26,300 nucleotides of DNA, from contig NZ_JAEDAM010000005.1 of the NCBI RefSeq assembly GCF_018420025.1, positions 1 through 26,300 on the forward strand, read 5' to 3'. This DNA comes from Candidatus Vampirococcus lugosii (GTDB taxonomy: Bacteria > Patescibacteriota > Gracilibacteria > Absconditabacterales > Absconditicoccaceae). Below the pieces are notes generated by a model that saw nothing but the letters and a program-made list of their open reading frames with translations, did not search any database and was not told where the DNA came from. This document shows positions 19,629-26,300 of the stretch, piece by piece; the first letter of the stretch is position 1; each line of letters opens with the position of its first letter. The translations under genes and the position numbers were made by a program.

Positions 19629-21701
19629 TTATTTAACATTAGTTTCTATAAATTCTTTTTCATAAGGAGAAGCTAATATTTTCATTGCAACATGTTGGTT
19701 TCAAGCAAAGAATAATCATTCTCATATATTTGAAGAAACTAATTTTTGTTTTTCTGCTTCAGATAAACCAAAAACAGTATTTAATGCTTTTATAGAAGAA
19801 GTAGATTGTTTTAATAATAAATTAACTGCAGAGTTTGCAACTATAGGTTTACCATAAGGACTTCTTACAAAATCTTCTACATCTTGTGAAATAGTTGTAA
19901 CTCAAAGTCAATATTTCCTAGCTCTTTTAATAAGTCAAAATAAAAAATTAGCAGACATATCATGTTGCATCATAATCCAAGCTTCATCTATAATTAATAA
20001 TCTTTTTTTCTTATTTGATCTTACTTTTGTCCAGATAAAATTAAGCACATTAAACATTGCTGGAGTTTTTAATGATTCATCAAGATCCCTTATACTAAAT
20101 ACAGTAAGTCATGTATCCAAATCTACATTAGTAGGATTATTAAATAATTTTGAAAATGTTCATGTTACATATTTACTAATTTTTAATCAAAGAGTTGCTC
20201 ATCATTCCATTCATTCCAAAATATGCAATAAATCTTCAAGTAGTGGAACAGTTTTTCATTCTGGTGTTTCATCATCAAATGTTATATCTTTTATAGAATA
20301 AGTAGATTGTAATGCTGTATCAAGTATTGCCTCTTCTTCTACAGATAATCATCAGACTAAAACTCATATAAGTCATATCAAATTCATTACCTGTGATCTA
20401 AGAAGATCTCATTTTCAATATTCTACATCTTCTATTTTTGGTGGCAAATCAAATGGATTAATATTTTCAGAAGAATTTACTGCTATATTAATATATGTTC
20501 ATCATACACTATTTATCAATGTTTTATATTCATTTTCTGGATCTATAACAATTACATCAATTCATAAAATAAGATATCTCAAAATTTCTAATTTTACAGT
20601 AAAAGATTTACCAGCTCAAGAAGTTGCCAATACTGTACTATTTGCATTTGCAAGTTTTGGAGAAAATCTATCAAAAATTATTAATCATCAAGTATGAAGA
20701 TTTATTCAATATAATATTCATTTATTATCTACTAAATCACTTGATATAAAAGGGAAAGATCAAGCAATAGAACTTGTTAACATACTTCTTGATATTCCTA
20801 ATTCGTCCAAACATAAAGGATTTATAGATTTGTATCACTCATCCATCCTTCGTATACAAGGTTTTACTTTAATTCAATTTCATCAAATTTTTTGTTCAAA
20901 TTTTTTGGATTCTTCATTTAATTTTTCTTCATTATCTGCATATATTGTAGTATAATAAGATGCTTGAAAATACCTTTCTTCTCTAGTAGCTAATTTTTGT
21001 CTTATTGATTCAACATCTTTATATTCCAATTCTATTTCTGAATCCAAAGTTATTCATTTATTCATAGATTCTGAAATTTCGGCTTTAAGTTGTGTAGCTC
21101 TTCTTTTCAACATTCATTGCATAGATGCATCATCTGATGGATATATAAACCATGTCATATCCCATTTACTATGGAAAGACAATGTATCTCTAGTCCATAA
21201 CATATCTAAATATGAAGGATATCATATTGCATAATATGTTCTTCACATAACTCAACTTATATTAAAATTTCATGATTTCAATTCCCAATACGATGCCGCT
21301 ATATGAGATTTATAATCTGAAAAATTTTCTATATATTCTTTTTCTATTTTATTAATATGCTCTCTAAGTTTTGATGTCAATAAACTATCTTTATATTTTT
21401 CATCTGGTAAATTTATTAAATATCTTAATTGATCTTGTAAAGATTTGTTTTCTACAGGACTTTTTCAATCTATTTCTTTAGAGTTTTTTCATTTCTTATT
21501 TTTACTATTTGTTCATCATGTTCAAAACATCATATTAAAAATACTATCAAAAAATCCTACTTTTTTAGTATCTCAAGATTTTTTTCATTGTTTACTTATA
21601 TTTTGTATTTTTTCAATATCAATTTTGATTCAACCTCATCTTTGAATATATCAAGTATAATTTGAATCATAAACAACATCTTTACAATTATTTAAACTCA
21701 T
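19629..21701 (-). CDS. virB4: VirB4/TrbE/CagE-family type IV secretion ATPase, 690 aa
   Basis: ATG at 21701, TAA at 19629-19631, 2073 nt. Walker A: NSTVLATSGAGKSFTVKLEI (20604-20621). Walker B: KKRLLIIDEAWIMM. Then RKYGLGVTTISQDVEDF and a C-terminal ..GEGLFFAGNQHVAMKILASPYE. The N-terminal ~110 aa is a non-canonical Gly/Lys-rich region. Confidence 0.9.
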
Positions 21702-21800
21702 TTTAATAATTTTTTAATAAAAATTTAAATTCTGTTGAATTATACATATTTTTATTTATATTTCAATCTAATATTATTTATTTAATTTAATAAATAAATT

Positions 21801-22601
21801 ATGCAAATCGATCTTGAAACTATTTATTATGCACTAATTATAACATTTTTTGCATGACTTTCAACTAGTATTTGAGCAATTATTGCCTTTTTTTTCAAAA
21901 AAGAAAGTTATACATTTTTATCATTTTGATTATGATTTTCTGCTTGAGTTATGATATATTTATCTTTTATTGAAATAATTCCAGAAAGTTTAAGTTTTTT
22001 TGAAAATTATTTTGTATCTGAAGTTCCTGCTTGAGTTTGGTCATTAATTTTTCTTTCTGTTTGAATATTATTTATGATATTTGTAGATTATATTTTATGA
22101 GAAAAATTTAATCCTGATGAACCAAATTTTTTGGAATGAGTAATTAATAAAAATAATTTATTTAAAGTTGGTGTTTTGACTGCTGTAGCTTTATCTTTAC
22201 ATAATATTCCCGAATGACTTGCAACTTTTGTCTCTTGAGTTGTTAGTATAGAAGTTGGATTTGCAATTGCTATTGCATTAGCTTTACATAATATTCCCGA
22301 ATGAATGTCAGTCGCTTTACCAATATATTATGCGACAGGTAGTAAACTTAAATCTTTTATATATGCAAGTTTAGCTTGAATGTTTAATTTAATTTGAGCA
22401 ATTTTTTGAATTATATTTGTTTACTATTTTTATAGTGAATTTATAATGTGAGCTATGTTTTCTTTTGTAGCTTGAATTATGCTTTTTGTATCTTTTCATC
22501 AATTATTGCCAACGGCAGCAGTTTACAAAAAACATCATTCTGAAGTATTTTGAGTTTTATTTTGAATGTTATCAGTTTGATTTATAATGTTGTTTTTATA
22601 A
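21801..22601 (+). CDS. zupT: ZIP-family zinc transporter ZupT, 266 aa
   Basis: The HNIPEG motif is duplicated (ALSLHNIPEGLATF and ALALHNIPEGMSVALP, with the G encoded by TGA). There are eight hydrophobic segments. ATG at 21801, TAA at 22599-22601. Confidence 0.9.
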
Positions 22602-22604
22602 AAA

Positions 22605-23675
22605 ATGTTAACTTATTTTTTGATATTTACATTTGCATTATTTATTTGATTTTTTTGAATTTTTATTTTCAAAAAATTATCTATATTGGATAAACCATGA
22701 CCTGATATAATTCCCGCTAGGAATCCAGTTCCAAATATACAATGAATTTTTTTGTTTATTTGAATACTGTCTTCCGTTTTTATTTTTTTCCCGAATTATT
22801 TTTTTCAAAAAGAAATATTAATACTTTTTATATCTTGATCTTTATTAGTTATTATTTCTTTAATTGATGCATTCAAAAATCTTAATCCTAAAATTAGACT
22901 TTTGGTACAAGTTTTGGTAGTATCAATTACTTTTTTCTTTGCTTGAGTTGGTATATTTGAAATTTCACTTCCTATTATCTGAGAAGTACAATTTCCTATA
23001 ATTATATCTTTAATATTAACTATTATATGGTTTATAGGTTTTATTAATGCTATCAATTGGTTTGACTGAGTAAATTCTTTGGCAAGTTGAGTTAGTTCTA
23101 TTTGATTTTTGAGTATTATTTTATTATTACAATATGTTGTAATTCCTCATTATACTTGAATATCACAAGAAAATTTGGAAACATTAAAAATGGTGATAAA
23201 TATATCTTATATATTTTTTATATTTTCATTAGTTTATACATTTATTGAATTTAAACCTTTTTGAATTTTGAGAGATGTTGGTGTTATGTTTTTATGATTT
23301 AGTTTGGCTTATTTATCATTGCTTTGATGAGCTAAAATATGAACTATAATAGTAGCTTTATCATTAGTTGTATTTGATTCTATTTGGGTATTTATTCATA
23401 GAATGTTTATTATCAAAAAAAATCCTTTGAAATGAGATTATACACATTTGCATTATAGATTAATGTCCTTAAAATGGTCAAGAACAGAAGTTAGAGTTTG
23501 TATTCGATCTTGGTCTTTATTTTTAATGATTGTTATGATATTGCTTTGAACAGATAGAGAATGAAAATTAATAATATTTGCTATTATGTTTTTATTTTTC
23601 TTCTCAATTAATTCTTATTTATTTTGGTACAAAAAAATTCCTTGTGAATATTTACAAAAAAACAAAAATAGTTAA
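22605..23675 (+). CDS. Polyprenyl-phosphate N-acetylhexosamine-1-phosphate transferase (glycosyltransferase family 4, WecA/TagO/MraY family), 356 aa
   Basis: Translation: LSILDKPGPDIIPARNPVPNIQG, FINAINWFDGVNSLASG, ILRDVGVMFLGFSLA, GDYTHLHYRLMSLKWS. It starts 3 nt after the zupT stop. The antisense ORF 22805-23056 is an artefact. Confidence 0.85.
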
Positions 23676-23705
23676 ATAAATTTTACTTAAAATTACAAAA
23701 TAAAA

Positions 23706-25187
23706 ATGATTATTAATAATAATTATCTTGATGAAATAGAAAAAATATTGGAAAATAAAAATGAATTGGAAGATTTTAAAAGATATTGCACACTCCCTCT
23801 GAAAAAAAGTATTAAAATAAATTTACATAAAATAAATTTAGATAAATTTAGAAAATTAATATCAAATTGGTGATGGAAAATAATAGATCCTTGATTTATA
23901 GAGAAATGAAATATTGAAAATGATAGTTTTTATATAGATAGAGAAGAAATTGATTTTGCATTATGAAAATCTTTTTTGCATATGTCAGGAATTTTTTATA
24001 TACAAGAAATAGCAGCAGGTATGCCAGCTAGATTTTTGGACATAAAAGAATGAGATAAAATATTAGATATAAGTTCGGCACCTTGATGAAAAAGTACTCA
24101 AATATGAGATTATTTATTGTCTTATAAAAATAGACCTTGAATAGTAGTTGCAAATGATGTTAATTGAAAAAGATTACAAACAACTGCTCATAATTTAAAT
24201 AGAATGTGAATTTATAATTCTATGTTAACCAAATTAAATTGATTTGTTTTTGGTAAAAATTTATGAGAAGTATTTGATCATGTTTTGGTAGATGCACCCT
24301 GTTCTGGAGAATGAACATGATTTAAATCTGATTTTTCATTAAAAATTTGGAAAAGGCAAGAAATAAATAAAATATGTGGTACACAATTTCAATTGTTAGT
24401 GTCGGCAATAAAATCTTGTAAACAATGATGAACTATAGTTTATAGTACTTGTACTATGAATCCTTATGAAAATGAAGAAAATGTTTCCAAAATATTAGAT
24501 TTTTTTAAATGAGCAATAGAATTGGAAAATGTAGATATAAAAAATAAATCTATTTGAATAACAGAAATTGAAATTGATAATGAAACAAAACAAATACTTA
24601 GCGAACAAGATGCAGAAAAATTAGCAAGATTTTGGCCACATAAACAAAAAACATGATGATTTTTTATTGCAAAATTTAAAAAAGTAAAAACTCTACAAGA
24701 AAAATATCCAAATAAAGAAAACAAAATAGCACCAAAAAATCCTTTCAAAATTGATACTTCCAAATCTTTACAAAAACAAGTTTCAAATTTTATTCAAGAA
24801 CAATATTGAATAAAAGTAGATAAATCTAAATATTTATTTTTTGCTACTTCCAAAAAAATTTATCTTACTAGTCCAGAATTTTTGGAATTTAAAGATATAC
24901 TAGAATTTGAAAAAGTATGAGTACCGATTATGAAATTTGGATGAGAACATAAATTCATACCTTTGCATTCTTTTGGTACTACGATTTGATGAGAAACTAA
25001 TAAAAAATACATAAATCTAAATCAAGATGATATGCAAAAATATTCAAATTTGGAAGATATAAAAATAGAAAATCTTGATTGAAAATATAAAGATAGAGAA
25101 TATGTTGTAATTAAATTTGAATGAATATGAATGTGAGTTGGTAAAATTATAGATGGTAAAATAAAAAATAAATTTATTAAAGCATAA
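23706..25187 (+). CDS. rRNA cytosine-C5 methyltransferase, NOL1/NOP2/Sun (RsmB/RsmF) family, 493 aa
   Basis: Translation: GIFYIQEIAAGMPARFL, ILDISSAPGGKSTQI (24078-24092), VLVDAPCSGEGTGFK, GGTIVYSTCTMNPYENE, RFWPHKQKTGGFFIAKF. A ~200-aa RsmF-like C-terminal extension follows. The antisense ORF 24464-24763 is an artefact. Confidence 0.85.
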
Positions 25188-25439
25188 AATAATAGATTTT
25201 CAAATGATTAAATTGTTTATTAAGATATTCTCAATTAAAATTTTTTACTATTGATTTTTTTAATAAAATATATGAATGTTTCATATTAAATCTATATAAT
25301 TTTATTTTTATATTAATAAAAATTTTGAACTTTTTTTTAAATATTAATCAAATTGCTATAAAAAGTAATTTTGATAAAATCAATAATAAAAATCAACTCA
25401 TTCAGCCACACACTTTTATTATTAAAACCAAATTATAAT

Positions 25440-25955
25440 ATGATAAAAACTAATTTTACAATAATAATTACAATAATAATTGTTATTGCAATTATAGTAA
25501 TTTGATTATTATTTTTTTATTTTAAAAGATTAACAGAAGAAACTCCAAGTATTATTTGAAATAATTATGATAAAAATATTAAATTAGAATATACCCAAAA
25601 TAAAATTAAAGATCTTAAAGTTGTTTACAGTTTTAAAATAAAGAATTGTAATAAATTAATAATTCAAGATTACCTACATGCAAAGCAATCAAAACCAAAT
25701 AAAGAGATTATTATAGATGATAAAAATATAATTGATAATCTCACTAAACTGTTTAATAAATTACCTGAAAAATGAGATATGTATATTAAATTATCATGAG
25801 AGGTATCTTATAAAAGATTATTTTTTATATGTGATAATAATAATAATATTTATAAAATAGAAATTTATAATAATTTAATAAAAACACCTTGAACTTCTTT
25901 TTTGGGAAATAATAAAATAGAAAAACAAATCCTTGATATAATAACAAAATTATAA
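25440..25955 (+). CDS. N-terminally membrane-anchored hypothetical protein, 171 aa
   Basis: ATG at 25440, TAA at 25953-25955. It begins MIKTNFTIIITIIIVIAIIVIGLLFFYF and continues with a soluble Lys/Asn-rich domain. No family recognised. Confidence 0.6.
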
Positions 25956-26017
25956 TAAGGAATAAAAATCTGATGTAATATATACTAAATTTAGATATTC
26001 ATAGCAATTGAAACTGT

Positions 26018-26299
26018 CTACTGATTTGATATATTTTGATTGTCTTTTTTAATAAACTTAAGTTTTTCAAAATATATAAATGAAGTTTTACATTTTTTTT
26101 CAAAAAACTCTTTTTCCATAATGACTTTATTATAGCTGTGAATACAACTTTGTCCCACTTTGTAATTGATTTTAAATATAAATCTTTCTTTTAATTCATT
26201 TACTTTTGATTGTAGTGTAGATTTATCATTTATATTTCATTCCAATATTTCTACACTTATAGGATATCAATTAGTATCTGTTACTAATCATATATTTAC
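26018..26299 (-). CDS. IS4/IS1634-family transposase-like ORF, C-terminal part (5' end outside window); possibly truncated/degenerate
   Basis: The minus frame is open from the window edge to TAG at 26018-26020. Translation: VNIGLVTDTNGYPISVEILEGNINDKSTLQSKVNELKERFIFKINYKVGQSCIHSYNKVIMEKEFF..KKDNQNISNQ*. The segment GL.vd..G.Pi..e...GN.nD..tl......l..rf matches the region around the second catalytic Asp of IS1634-type DDE transposases. The expected v.DrG is replaced by VGQS, and the ORF ends before the E-containing region. Confidence 0.45.
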
Positions 26300-26300
26300 T

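Noticed and set aside
11431-24763. Other standard-code ORFs in the track (11431-11658 minus, 12982-13215 minus, 17353-17541 plus, 21445-21645 plus, 22805-23056 minus, 24464-24763 minus)
   Set aside because: Each lies antisense to a well-supported table-25 gene (the CxxC membrane protein, ferredoxin, murC, virB4, the GT4 transferase and the rRNA methyltransferase). Each also has a low-complexity composition.
25204-25263. ATG-initiated mini-ORF in the rRNA-methyltransferase downstream spacer that at first seemed to run to 25438
   Set aside because: A careful codon count shows an in-frame TAA at 25261, which leaves only 19 codons, so I do not call a gene.
1-26300. TGA = Trp (table 4, Mollicutes-like), considered as an alternative explanation for the AT-rich genome with in-frame TGA
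   Set aside because: TGA falls on invariant Gly positions: P-loops of MurC and VirB4, the PNPase GG, the SAM-binding APGGKS and the lipobox glycine. TGG is used at Trp-like positions (for example WSPD in DUF59 and the WW cluster at 18830-19192).

Overview
The window is a very AT-rich bacterial chromosomal segment. It is coding-dense only if TGA is read as glycine (translation table 25), which points to a Gracilibacteria/Absconditabacteria (SR1)-type candidate-phyla-radiation genome. The supplied standard-code ORF track is therefore almost entirely fragments or antisense artefacts. By manual re-translation with TGA=Gly I call 30 CDS. I saw no rRNA, tRNA or CRISPR array. Core genes: pnp, a DUF59 Fe-S assembly protein, lspA (fused to a small kinase-like domain), ferredoxin, ndk, rpmE, yidC, murC, zupT, a WecA/MraY-family transferase and an RsmB/RsmF-family rRNA methyltransferase. 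Accessory content, left end (1-5552): a PD-(D/E)XK nuclease fragment, a 457-aa octapeptide-repeat fibre-like surface protein with near-identical in-frame tandem DNA repeats, and a tight four-gene minus-strand cassette. The 738-aa centrepiece of that cassette carries two GGDEF/Cas10-like palm modules, one degenerate and one with an intact D...GGDE(L) motif. I consider this cassette the best candidate for an undescribed nucleotide-signalling/conflict system. Accessory content, 16.2-21.7 kb: a minimal type-IV-secretion-like operon (VirB4 ATPase, polytopic membrane protein, a protein made of three pilin-like hairpin modules) that ends in a translationally coupled murC. Other notable items are an orphan HEPN-like (RNxxxH) protein and a partial IS4/IS1634-like transposase ORF at the right edge. 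All coordinates and translations were derived by hand. Function calls rest on motif recognition, not database searches.
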